Assembly (NCBI GenBank): GCA_964618895.1
Contig: CAZUDO010000063.1
Location: forward strand, 3,279 to 67,278
DNA from: an uncultured Candidatus Binatia bacterium
GTDB lineage: Bacteria; Desulfobacterota; Binatia; DP-6
Reading direction: 5' to 3'
DNA length: 64,000 nt
The translations under genes and the position numbers were made by a program. Below the pieces are notes generated by a model, which did not search any database, had not been told where the DNA came from, and saw nothing but the letters and a program-made list of their open reading frames with translations. Below, piece after piece: positions 8,921 to 17,238 of the stretch. The number at the start of each line of letters is the position of its first letter. Position 1 is the first letter of the stretch.

Positions 8921-8945
8921 GATCCGGCGACGCCGGGCGTCCGTA
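8921..8945 (+). promoter_or_regulatory. Putative ECF promoter GATCC-N15-CCGTA for the ferritin-like gene
   Basis: Intergenic; ends 7 nt before GTG 8953, consistent with a leaderless transcript. Confidence 0.55.
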
Positions 8946-8952
8946 GTCGTCG

Positions 8953-9789
8953 GTGATGGACGGCTTCGATCTCGACAGCTACGTGGCGCGCTCCCGGGCA
9001 CTCGATCTGACCGGGATCCACTGGGAGGCGGTGCCGGACCATCCGCTGCCGCCGGAGGCACTGCGGACGCTCCGCTACATGCAGGACATCGAGAGCCACA
9101 CCGTCATCTACCTCCGTACGCTGCTGGCGACGCGCGCGGTGGACGATCCCGAGGTGGCGACGTTCTTCGCCTGCTGGCTGTACGAGGAGACTTCTCACGG
9201 CCGGGCGCTGGCGCGCTTCCTCGCCGCGGCGGGGGCGGCCATTGTCACGCGACCGCGGTCGCAGGTAAGCGTCGGGCAGCGGCTGGAAGCGGCCGCCACC
9301 GCGCTGCTCGCCAAGGCATGGCCCGACTTCGTGGCCGTGCACATGACCTGGGGCGCCATCAACGAGCTCACCACCTTGACCGGATACCGGAGGCTGGCCG
9401 CGGTGGCTGGCCATCCGGTGCTGACCGAGCTGCTGGGCCGCATCATGCGCGACGAGTCCCGGCATTTTCTCTTCTACTTCCACCAGGCCCGCGCCCGGCT
9501 GGCGCGGCCGCGCACCGCCCGGCTGGCGCGGCTGCTCGTCGATCGTTTCTGGGCGCCGGTCGGCAGTGGCGTGCAGCCGGCCGGGGAGACGCGCGCGCTG
9601 GCGCGCTACCTGTTCGACGGCACCGACGGCCGGGCGGCGGCGCGCAAGGTGGATGCGACCATTCGCGAGCTGCCGGGGTTCCAGGACGTACCGCTCCTCG
9701 ACGCCTGGATCGAGCGCGCGGTCCACGGCGGCCGCCCGCCGAGACCGCGGGCTCAGAACCGCCAGCTGAGCCCCGCCCGTACGCGATAG
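8953..9789 (+). CDS. Ferritin-like diiron-carboxylate protein (acyl-ACP desaturase-like)
   Basis: Four-helix ligand pattern: 'IESH', 'YEETSHG' (ExxH), 'INELTT', 'RDESRH' (ExxH). Confidence 0.8.
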   Translation: MMDGFDLDSYVARSRALDLTGIHWEAVPDHPLPPEALRTLRYMQDIESHTVIYLRTLLATRAVDDPEVATFFACWLYEETSHGRALARFLAAAGAAIVTRPRSQVSVGQRLEAAATALLAKAWPDFVAVHMTWGAINELTTLTGYRRLAAVAGHPVLTELLGRIMRDESRHFLFYFHQARARLARPRTARLARLLVDRFWAPVGSGVQPAGETRALARYLFDGTDGRAAARKVDATIRELPGFQDVPLLDAWIERAVHGGRPPRPRAQNRQLSPARTR

Positions 9790-10718
9790 TCCGGCATGAT
9801 CTGCAGCCCCGTGTCGTGCTGGAGCACGGGCAGATCCACCCCCGCCTCGGCGGCCAGGTTCGTTCGCCACGTGAACGCGATGCGCGGGCCGAGGAAGAGC
9901 GCCGTGATCGCCGTGTCGTCGAGCTGGCGGCCCTGCTGCTGGTCGTTGCCCTTGATTTCCCCGGAGAACACCGCCTGCAGACCGAGGGAGTACTCGTGCG
10001 TGGCGAGCGCGAACACGCCCGGCCCGGCGCTCCACATGAGGTCGTTGGCGTAACGGTAGTCGAAGGCGCCGACCGTCCGGATGGCGTACTGGCCGCTCGC
10101 CGTGACGTACAGCCGGTCCCAGCTCCAGAAGAGCTGCGCCCCCACGATGCCGTCGACGGATCCCGATCCGAGCGCCAGGTCGTGGCCGTGGACGCCACTG
10201 CCGCCGGACTCGGCGTGGTCGGCGTCCTCCTCCGCCAGCGGGCTCGGGTTCCCGCTCGGCAGCTCGAGGCCCCCGAGCACCGAGAAGCGGAACACGCTGT
10301 GCGCGGTCACGACGTGATGCACCAGGATCTGGCCGAGGAGCGACAGGTCCCCGAAGCCCGACACGGCGCCCTGGACGACACGGCCGCCCTCGAGCCGCCG
10401 GAAGTGCCGCGTGATCACCGGCAGATTCAGCTGTGCCGTCAGGCGCGGCGTGAAGGTGTAGCCGGCGACGAGCTGCGTGATCGAGCTGTTGATGCGCTCG
10501 CCGGCCGGATTGGGCACCTGGTCCCCGTCCCGTCGCAGGGTGCCGAAGTGCGTGAACTGCTCGGCCACGGCGACCCATGGCCCGGGCTGGCTCAGGCGCG
10601 CGTCGGTGGCGGTGTAGACGGCGCAGACGTCGCACGCAGATGCAGGCTCGCTCGCGGCCACGATGGCCGCCAGCATCAGGGCGATCCGGCGCCCCGACGC
10701 ACGATGTGGTCGTTCCAT
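9753..10718 (-). CDS. Outer-membrane beta-barrel 'transporter' (MetA-pathway/phenol degradation-like family) with N-terminal CxxC
   Basis: SD GGGGAG before ATG 10718; signal peptide then CDVC; 'GFGDLSL' motif; His loop DHAESGGSGVHGHD; C-terminal 'AGLSWRF'. Confidence 0.8.
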   Translation of the reverse strand: MERPHRASGRRIALMLAAIVAASEPASACDVCAVYTATDARLSQPGPWVAVAEQFTHFGTLRRDGDQVPNPAGERINSSITQLVAGYTFTPRLTAQLNLPVITRHFRRLEGGRVVQGAVSGFGDLSLLGQILVHHVVTAHSVFRFSVLGGLELPSGNPSPLAEEDADHAESGGSGVHGHDLALGSGSVDGIVGAQLFWSWDRLYVTASGQYAIRTVGAFDYRYANDLMWSAGPGVFALATHEYSLGLQAVFSGEIKGNDQQQGRQLDDTAITALFLGPRIAFTWRTNLAAEAGVDLPVLQHDTGLQIMPDYRVRAGLSWRF

Positions 10719-10740
10719 GAAGACACGTCTCCCCTGTAGA

Positions 10741-10793
10741 TGGCAGGCGCCGGACGGACGTCGTCCCTCCGGCGCGTTCCGATCGTCGTGCCA
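10741..10793. promoter_or_regulatory. Extended hairpin between the leader ORF and the barrel gene (attenuator candidate)
   Basis: Nested pairs: TGGCA 10741-45/TGCCA 10789-93; GCGCCGGA 10747-54/TCCGGCGC 10768-75; GGAC 10756-59/GTCC 10763-66. Confidence 0.5.
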
Positions 10794-10796
10794 GGA

Positions 10797-11174
10797 TCAG
10801 CCGCGAACGACTCGGGGGGGATCGGTGGGCGGCTCGGCTGCCCCGCGCGTGGGGCGGTGCCCGGCGGCCGGCGCGCCGCACAACTGCGCGAGCGCGGGGG
10901 GCAGCATGCGCTGCTCCTCGAGCGTCACACCCAGCGTGACCGGCGCATCGGTGACCGCGTCGTGACCGCAGGCGCTGCGCAGGCAGACGGTGTCGCTCGG
11001 CGTCACCGGCGCGCGGTGGCAGCCGAGCTTGCGGGCGCCGGGGGCCTCGTCCGCGCGCCGGGCGTGCATCGGGCAGCCGGGCGGGCACTCGACGCAGCCG
11101 CGCGGGAAGCTCGGCGAAATGCTGGCGAGCAACGCCAGCATCATCACCAGCGCACAAAGCCGGCGCGGTCGCAT
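10797..11174 (-). CDS. DUF2946-like small Cys/His-rich protein with a Pro-rich C-terminus (leader ORF)
   Basis: Hydrophobic N-terminus, 'CVECPPGCPMH', 'GCH', 'CLRSACGH', ends 'EPPTDPPRVVRG'; lies upstream of the barrel gene. Confidence 0.6.
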   Translation of the reverse strand: MRPRRLCALVMMLALLASISPSFPRGCVECPPGCPMHARRADEAPGARKLGCHRAPVTPSDTVCLRSACGHDAVTDAPVTLGVTLEEQRMLPPALAQLCGAPAAGHRPTRGAAEPPTDPPRVVRG

Positions 11175-11255
11175 GCCGGCGGGTTGGGTACCATCCGGGC
11201 GCCGGGGGGCGCAAGGCGGGATTCCGGAACTTCTGTGATAGGCACGCCAACCGTC

Positions 11256-12128
11256 ATGACCAGACTTTTGGCGTCCCTCGCCGTCCTGACATGCTTCGCC
11301 TGCCGCGATCCGCAGCCGCCCGCGTCCCCGACCGCGTCGCCCCCGCTCGCCAAGCCCGGTCTGCGCATCTCCATGGCCGCGTTGCACGACGCCGGCGGCG
11401 TCCCGCCCGGCTGGAAGCTGACGCCGCCCCCGGGCGACCCGGACGCGGGCCAGCGCGCCTTCGTCGACCTCGGCTGCGACTCGTGTCACCTGGTGCGCGC
11501 GGACCTCGCCGCCGCACCGCCCGACACCGAGCAGAAAGGCCCGGAGCTGACCACCATGGGTGGCCACCATCCGCCGGAGTATTTTCTGGAGTCGATCCTC
11601 ACCCCGGACGCCGTGCTGATAGAGGGTCCCGGGTACATCGGCGACGACGGGCGCTCCACCATGCCGTCGTATCCCGACCTGACGGTGACGCAGCTCGCCG
11701 ATCTGGTCGCCTACCTGCAGACGCTCACCGGCCCCGGCGGCGGGTCGGCGAAACGGCGCGGACCGATCGGCCTCGCGCAACGCCCTACCCCACCCAAGAC
11801 GAGAGCGGGCGTGTTCTACGTCCAGACCTACGATGCCAAGCCGGGCCGGCTCGCCGACCTGGAGGCCTGGTTCCACGACCCGGGCCGGGCCGCATTCCTC
11901 GCCGTCCCGGGCCTGGTGTCAATCGACACCTACGTCGACAACACGCGTCCGGGGCCGGGCATGATCGCGATGTTCGGCTTCGCCGACGACGCGGCGCTGT
12001 CGCGCTTCATGCAGGACCCCGCCGCCACGGCGCTCAAGGACAAGGTCGACGAGTTCTCCGGGGCGCACGGGCACCAGATCTTCCGCACGCCGCCGGTGTA
12101 CCGGGTGGAGAGCCTGTCGACGCCCTAG
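11256..12128 (+). CDS. Exported monoheme cytochrome c fused to a dimeric alpha+beta barrel (ABM-like) domain
   Basis: Signal/lipobox-like 'LTCFAC'; CDSCH at 11475-11489; distal Met in 'STMPSY'; C-domain 'FYVQTYDAKPGRLADLEAWF...FGFADDAALSRF'. Confidence 0.8.
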   Translation: MTRLLASLAVLTCFACRDPQPPASPTASPPLAKPGLRISMAALHDAGGVPPGWKLTPPPGDPDAGQRAFVDLGCDSCHLVRADLAAAPPDTEQKGPELTTMGGHHPPEYFLESILTPDAVLIEGPGYIGDDGRSTMPSYPDLTVTQLADLVAYLQTLTGPGGGSAKRRGPIGLAQRPTPPKTRAGVFYVQTYDAKPGRLADLEAWFHDPGRAAFLAVPGLVSIDTYVDNTRPGPGMIAMFGFADDAALSRFMQDPAATALKDKVDEFSGAHGHQIFRTPPVYRVESLSTP

Positions 12129-12694
12129 CGGATCCAGGGCCAGCCGCCGCCCACGTCGCAGTCGCTCGGAATGCGCACGCGGCGGGACGACACGCTCTTC
12201 CGGGTCAGCTTCACGCCGTTGAAGAAGTCGTCGTCGCCGACGATGAGCGCCAGCGGCCGGCACACCGGGTCGTTCACGAACATCGCCGACAGGTCGATTC
12301 CCTGCAGCACGAACCGCACGCCCCAGCTGCCGTCGGTGTGCCGCATGAGCCGGAGCATGCGGATGCCCCGCTCCGGCGCGGGCTTGGCGACGTACGAGTA
12401 CACCCGCTGGTTGCGGGTGGTGAGCTTCCCCGCTGCCAGGCGGAAGTTCTCCTCTCCAATGGACAGCAGCAGCGGCTCCTGGTCGGGGAAGATGCCGTTG
12501 GTGTCGGGGTAGAGATCGAACTGCCAGCGGGACGCCTTGAGGATGCCGTTCCCGGTCTCGAGATCGAGCTTGCCGCGGCCCGGGTTGACGGTGAGGATGC
12601 CGTGGAAGATGGGCTCCGTGATCGAAACCTGCGCGCCGACGGTGGACGCCACGAGCACGCACACGGCAAGCACGAGTCCATGCATCGTCGCCAT
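12125..12694 (-). CDS. Secreted hypothetical protein (beta-rich domain)
   Basis: Signal peptide ending VGA; GC3-biased codons; last gene of the 14936-12125 run. Confidence 0.7.
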   Translation of the reverse strand: MATMHGLVLAVCVLVASTVGAQVSITEPIFHGILTVNPGRGKLDLETGNGILKASRWQFDLYPDTNGIFPDQEPLLLSIGEENFRLAAGKLTTRNQRVYSYVAKPAPERGIRMLRLMRHTDGSWGVRFVLQGIDLSAMFVNDPVCRPLALIVGDDDFFNGVKLTRKSVSSRRVRIPSDCDVGGGWPWIR

Positions 12695-12729
12695 CCTAGC
12701 GGGTTCGCATTTCCCAGACCAGCCCCGAC

Positions 12730-13737
12730 TCAGCGCACGCTCAGGATGGTGCCGCGACGCCGGGCACGCAGCGTCTGCGTGGTGCGCGTCACCAGCCCGC
12801 CCACGTCCATCGCGAGGTCCAGGGTGGTGCCGTCGGCGGGCAGCGGGTTGATCACCCCGGAGAGCCGGATCCTGAGCCGGTAGACGGCGACCGGCCTCCG
12901 CTTCACGCGCCGGATTTCGACCGCGTTCTGCCCGTTCGTGCTCTGGCCGACGAAGGCGCTCCGCCCGCGCGGCACGAGCCCGTCGAGCGACAGGCCGCGG
13001 CTTCCGAACGTCCCGCGCGCCAGCACGCGCGCCGGGCGTGCGAAGTCGGCGGCGGCGTCCCCGGAGACGAGCTTCGCACGCAGCGTCAGGCCGGAGGCGG
13101 TCACGGTGCCTTTGAGCCTCACGATGCGCGGGGCAAGCGCGAACTGATCCAGGTCGGGGGCCGGCGCCGCCACACACGTGAAGCGCATGAACGCGGGCGC
13201 ATCGGTGTACGGGAACGGCAGGCCCGTCAGGCGAGTCGCGCCCACGATCGCCAGGCTGCCGTCGGGCGCGATCGGCTGGCCCGGGGCGTCGGAGATATCC
13301 TCGCCGACCCCGGCCGGTCCGCTGGTGAGCGTGGTCGGCACGGCATACGCGGTGCCGCCGACGGTGAGGACGAGCGGCACGTCCGTCGCCACCAGCTCGC
13401 CACTCGCCAGCAGGCGTGCCGAGAACACCGCCGGGAACGTGAGCGACGCGCCCGGCCCGAGGCCGGCCAGCACGCGCGGCGGCGGCGCGGCGGCACACTT
13501 CCCGCGCGGGTCGGCGGCGTCGGCAGGACAGAGCTGCGCCGTGCTCGTCCCCGTGTCGTACAGGATGCGCAGCTGGTCCGTCGGCCCCGCGGGCGCCGCG
13601 ACGATGCGGAGACCGATCGACGGCAGGGTGATCTCGAGCGGCTCCGGCGAGCACGCGCTCGGCAACACCGGCGCGCTATGCGCGCGGGCGGTGGACGACA
13701 CGAGGAGCACGGATACGATCAGCAGGGGGGTCTTCAT
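12730..13737 (-). CDS. Secreted hypothetical protein
   Basis: Signal 'MKTPLLIVSVLLVSSTARA' then H; ATGA overlap with the upstream gene. Confidence 0.7.
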   Translation of the reverse strand: MKTPLLIVSVLLVSSTARAHSAPVLPSACSPEPLEITLPSIGLRIVAAPAGPTDQLRILYDTGTSTAQLCPADAADPRGKCAAAPPPRVLAGLGPGASLTFPAVFSARLLASGELVATDVPLVLTVGGTAYAVPTTLTSGPAGVGEDISDAPGQPIAPDGSLAIVGATRLTGLPFPYTDAPAFMRFTCVAAPAPDLDQFALAPRIVRLKGTVTASGLTLRAKLVSGDAAADFARPARVLARGTFGSRGLSLDGLVPRGRSAFVGQSTNGQNAVEIRRVKRRPVAVYRLRIRLSGVINPLPADGTTLDLAMDVGGLVTRTTQTLRARRRGTILSVR

Positions 13738-14936
13738 CGGATGGGACACTCCTGGCCGGCTGGGGCATCGACGACCGCGTCGAAAGCAGCGCCAACGAGC
13801 GCGCAGGCCTCGTCGTCCGGCGTCACGCCCGCCACCAGCGTGGCCGGGACGCAGGCGCCGGTGAACGTCCGCCCCGGATACGACGCATCCGTTCCCGGGC
13901 ACTCGGCAGCTGCCGGCCGGGTCCCGGCGCACGGCTTCGCGGGGACGCCCGCCGTCCCCGGCGTGACGCCGGCCATCTCCTCGCACCCGAGACGCACGGG
14001 GGTGGTGACGCCGTTGTCGGTCCAGCAGGCGTAGCGCAACGCCTCGCCCGGGCGCACCAGCAGGGGCGCGAGCACCCGGTCGAGCGTGCCCAGGTCGGTG
14101 TAGTCGGCCGCGCCGAACAGATGCCGGCGGCCGGGCTCGAAGGGATTCTCGATCCCGTCAGCAGGATCGCGGGCGACGCCACTGCCATCGAGCAGGTCCA
14201 CACCGAGGAAGCGCGCACGCTTGTGCATGTGTCCGGAAAGGAAGAGGACGCAGGCCGCGGCCGGCGGGGTCCACACGTCGCCCGGGGGGGTGCCGGTCGA
14301 CGCTTCGGTGGAGCGCACCGTCCCGGGCGCGACTGCCAGCGCCTGTTCGGCGGTACGAACCGCGAACGGCCGTGCGAGACGGCGCTCTTCCTTCGCCGGG
14401 GCGCGACGCAGGATCACCTTGGTGGAGGCGCGGCGCGTGCGCGTGCCGGTGTTGACCCACTCGCCCGACAACACGAAGCCGAGCCCGTCGGGCAATCCGC
14501 CGGGGGTCGCGGGTACGGGATCGAGCCGGAGGGCCACCCCCGGCGGCAGGACCCGTCGCGTCGGGGAGAATGTGCCGCTGGCAACCACCAGCCGCTGGTC
14601 GCGGTCGACGGGGCCGAGGTCGAGGCAGCCACGGCTGGCGACGATCCGCCCCGCGTCGGCGGCCAGCTCGCCCAGGCGCTCGCCGTGATACTGATAGACC
14701 AGGAAGTGCTGCGGCGCGAAGTCGACGCGCACGCCGCGGTGGCGGATCTCGTACGAAGCCAGGTCGAAGGGCGTCCGCATCGGGACGCGCACCAGCACGC
14801 ACAGCTCGCTGTCACCGCCGGGCGGCAGGGTGAAGGCGGGGAAGCGGAGCTTCACGGCGCGGGGCTCGCGCGCCGCCACCGGCGCCGCCAGCAGGAGCGT
14901 CACGGCGACGAGGGGTATCCAGGCCAGGCGAGGCAT
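13734..14936 (-). CDS. Copper type II ascorbate-dependent monooxygenase-like (PHM-fold) secreted protein
   Basis: 'FPAFTLPPGGDSELC', 'QHFLVY', 'SGHMHKRA' (HxH), 'LRYACWTDN', 'DDEAC'. Confidence 0.7.
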   Translation of the reverse strand: MPRLAWIPLVAVTLLLAAPVAAREPRAVKLRFPAFTLPPGGDSELCVLVRVPMRTPFDLASYEIRHRGVRVDFAPQHFLVYQYHGERLGELAADAGRIVASRGCLDLGPVDRDQRLVVASGTFSPTRRVLPPGVALRLDPVPATPGGLPDGLGFVLSGEWVNTGTRTRRASTKVILRRAPAKEERRLARPFAVRTAEQALAVAPGTVRSTEASTGTPPGDVWTPPAAACVLFLSGHMHKRARFLGVDLLDGSGVARDPADGIENPFEPGRRHLFGAADYTDLGTLDRVLAPLLVRPGEALRYACWTDNGVTTPVRLGCEEMAGVTPGTAGVPAKPCAGTRPAAAECPGTDASYPGRTFTGACVPATLVAGVTPDDEACALVGAAFDAVVDAPAGQECPIR

Positions 14937-14995
14937 CGGGAAGAGGTCGTGCCGTCATGAAACCACGAGCAGGTGTTTCGGTCGAGCGCCGGCCG

Positions 14996-15610
14996 TCAGT
15001 GCACGGGCGGCACGGTCACCCGCTCGACGCCGCATCGGTCACGCCCCCGCCCGGGACAGGTGGTGGGACGGAGACGCTTGTCCAGGCAGACGTGCACCTC
15101 CTCGAGGAACCGCCCGTCGCAGACGACCCGCACCGCCCCGGCCGGCATGCCCGTGTTCGTGCGCAGGAACTCGCGCCGGACGTCGTGCACACGCACCACA
15201 CGGGCCGTCCGGGGACGTACGAACGTCGTGGGGATCGTGACCGCGTCGTAGGCCGCCCGCACCTGCGCGAAGTACGCCCGCGCCTCGAGCCCGCTGCAGG
15301 TGCCGTGCTTCTCCCATTCGTGCGTGATGAGCCGGTCGCTCGGCATGATGTCCCGCATCCGCGTGCGCACGTCGTCGGGGATGCGCTCGCCCGCCCCGCA
15401 CGAGACCGGCCCGGGCCCGCCGGCCCGGTCCGGCCAGAGGCCGTGGACGACGAACCCGTGGCGCGCCGCGCGCCCGCACTGCGGGCGGTCGCCAGGGTGG
15501 ACGGTGCAGTGCTGCGGGGACCAGGACAGGCTCAGGGTGTAGGAGTCGAACTCGGCCGCCGGCGTGCTGCCGATCCGCACGGCAAGGACGACCAGCGCGG
15601 CGAACACCAT
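14996..15610 (-). CDS. Secreted ribonuclease T2 family protein
   Basis: CAS I 'FVVHGLWPD' and CAS II 'HEWEKHGTCSG'; N-terminal signal. Confidence 0.93.
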   Translation of the reverse strand: MVFAALVVLAVRIGSTPAAEFDSYTLSLSWSPQHCTVHPGDRPQCGRAARHGFVVHGLWPDRAGGPGPVSCGAGERIPDDVRTRMRDIMPSDRLITHEWEKHGTCSGLEARAYFAQVRAAYDAVTIPTTFVRPRTARVVRVHDVRREFLRTNTGMPAGAVRVVCDGRFLEEVHVCLDKRLRPTTCPGRGRDRCGVERVTVPPVH

Positions 15611-15637
15611 GCGCGCTCACGAACCACCCTCGCGGGC

Positions 15638-16163
15638 GTGGCGCAAGAGGCGGCCACAATCAGGTCTTCCCTGATCCTACTCGTCGTCGCCGTGAGTCCG
15701 GCGTCGGCCGGGGCGGGGCGGATCTCGCCCAACGGCCGGCCGCTCGGTCACAGCCTGGTTCAGTGGCAGCGGATGTACCTCGACTGCCTCGCGACGTCTT
15801 CGACGAACCCGCTTTTCACGGGTGCCTGCGGTGAGATCGTGGCGGGGGCGTACTTCTTTTCCGCCTCCACGGGCCCGGACGTACGACTCGAGTGCGACGT
15901 CCCTGTCGGGGTGCCCGTGGTCGTCGTGCCGTCCGGCGTGCTCTCGGAGATCCCGTCGTTATGGTGCGAACGACGCGGCGGTGCTGGCGGACGCCCGGTC
16001 CAGCTACGACCAGCTGCTCTCGTCGTCCGTCACGGTCGACGGCGCGGACGTTTCGCTTGACGGCATCTTCCGTGAGGCGGGGGTCTACGACGTCGGCCCG
16101 GTCGAGACCGGGAGCTTCTACGACGTGATCTGTCTCCAACCCCTCGCGATGGTTGCCGCCTGA
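15638..16163 (+). pseudogene. Frameshifted secreted hypothetical protein
   Basis: '...VLSEIPS' continues as 'YGANDAAVLADARSSYDQLL...' only if the extra T at 15959 is removed; appears 3'-truncated. Confidence 0.6.
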
Positions 16164-16272
16164 CCGAGAGTATTCGGCGGGAAGGTAGTTCGGGGGCTGG
16201 TCGGCCGCACCGGCTTCCCGTATGAGCGACGCGTATGAAAGTCGGCCTGGCCCATGGTCGGACGACGTTGTC

Positions 16273-16290
16273 TTAGTCCACCCATTAGTC
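16273..16290 (+). promoter_or_regulatory. TTAGTC direct repeat upstream of the TA pair (autoregulatory operator candidate)
   Basis: TTAGTC at 16273-16278 and 16285-16290, ending 13 nt before GTG 16304. Confidence 0.4.
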
Positions 16291-16303
16291 TACTCTGGGG
16301 GGC

Positions 16304-16546
16304 GTGAAATCGGTCAACGTGCACGAGGCGAAGACACACTTCTCGCGGCTCCTGGCCCGGGTGGAGCGGGGTCACGAGGTGCTGATCTCGCGCGCGGGGA
16401 AGCCGGTGGCACGCCTGGTCCCCCATCAGCCCAAACTGCGCGCGCCGGTGTTCGGCGCCGATCGCGGCAAGTTCGTGGTGCCAGATGATTTCGACGCGCC
16501 CCTGCCCGACGAAGTGCTTGCGGCCTTCGAGGGCGGGGGCCGGTGA
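16304..16546 (+). CDS. Phd/YefM family antitoxin
   Basis: 'VNVHEAKTHFSRLLARVERGHEVLISRAGKPVARLVP'. Confidence 0.93.
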   Translation: MKSVNVHEAKTHFSRLLARVERGHEVLISRAGKPVARLVPHQPKLRAPVFGADRGKFVVPDDFDAPLPDEVLAAFEGGGR

Positions 16547-16932
16547 AGATTCTCATCGACACCCAGTGTTGGCTGTGGCTGTGCGCGAGCCCGGAGCGAT
16601 TCTCCGCGGCCACCCTTGCTCGGCTCGCGGATCCCCGCACGGAGAGATTGCTGTCGTCCGCGAGCGTGTGGGAGATGGTGATCAAACACCAGCTCGGGAA
16701 GCTCCCTCTCCCGCTTCACCCGCGGGATTTCGTTCCGTCGCGGCTCGAGGCCACGCAGGCGCAGGTTCTGGAGATCTCCGCCGCGCACGCGTTGCGGATC
16801 GCGGACCTCCCCGCGCACCACCGCGATCCGTTCGACCGGATGATCGTCGCCCAGGCGCTGGTCGAAGGCGCGCCACTGCTCACGGCGGACCGAGCGCTCG
16901 GCCAGTACGCCGTCGAGCTGCTCAGCCCCTGA
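16543..16932 (+). CDS. vapC: PIN-domain VapC toxin
   Basis: 'ILIDTQ', 'SVWEM', 'HHRDPFDRMIVAQA', 'LLTAD'; GTGA overlap with the antitoxin. Confidence 0.93.
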   Translation: MKILIDTQCWLWLCASPERFSAATLARLADPRTERLLSSASVWEMVIKHQLGKLPLPLHPRDFVPSRLEATQAQVLEISAAHALRIADLPAHHRDPFDRMIVAQALVEGAPLLTADRALGQYAVELLSP

Positions 16933-17089
16933 GCCCGTAGGCGGCGTGGGCGACGAGGAGGATCAGCACGAGAGCGCGCGTGGCGCACCTACTGCCGGTA
17001 CCATACCGGCGCGTCGCAAACCGCGTCAACGGTAATTCCGGCCGACCGAATGCTTTCGTCGATGATCGGACGAGGGCGTCCCGGCGTGG

Positions 17090-17200
17090 ATGCGTCCGCG
17101 GGATCCCGCGCTCGTAGAGTGGTCGAAAGGTGGCCGCGAACGCCCGATCGCGCAGGACGTCGATGTATACGCTCGTGTCGACGACGACGCGTCCCGTCAC
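17090..17200 (-). pseudogene. N-terminal fragment of a second PIN/VapC toxin
   Basis: 'VVVDTSVYIDVLR' PIN beta1 motif; similarity is lost after about 37 aa; GTGA overlap with an upstream frame ending 'YGDPWGAA*'. Confidence 0.6.
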
Positions 17201-17238
17201 GCGGCGCCCCAGGGATCGCCGTAGTTCCGAGCCCTGCC

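Noticed and set aside
11226-11256. GGAACTT sigmaE-like -35 upstream of the cytochrome c gene
   Set aside because: No -10 element at 16-17 nt spacing.
13678-13683. His1 after the signal peptide of 12730..13737 as an LPMO-type histidine brace
   Set aside because: The protein has no second His, so a brace cannot form within the chain.
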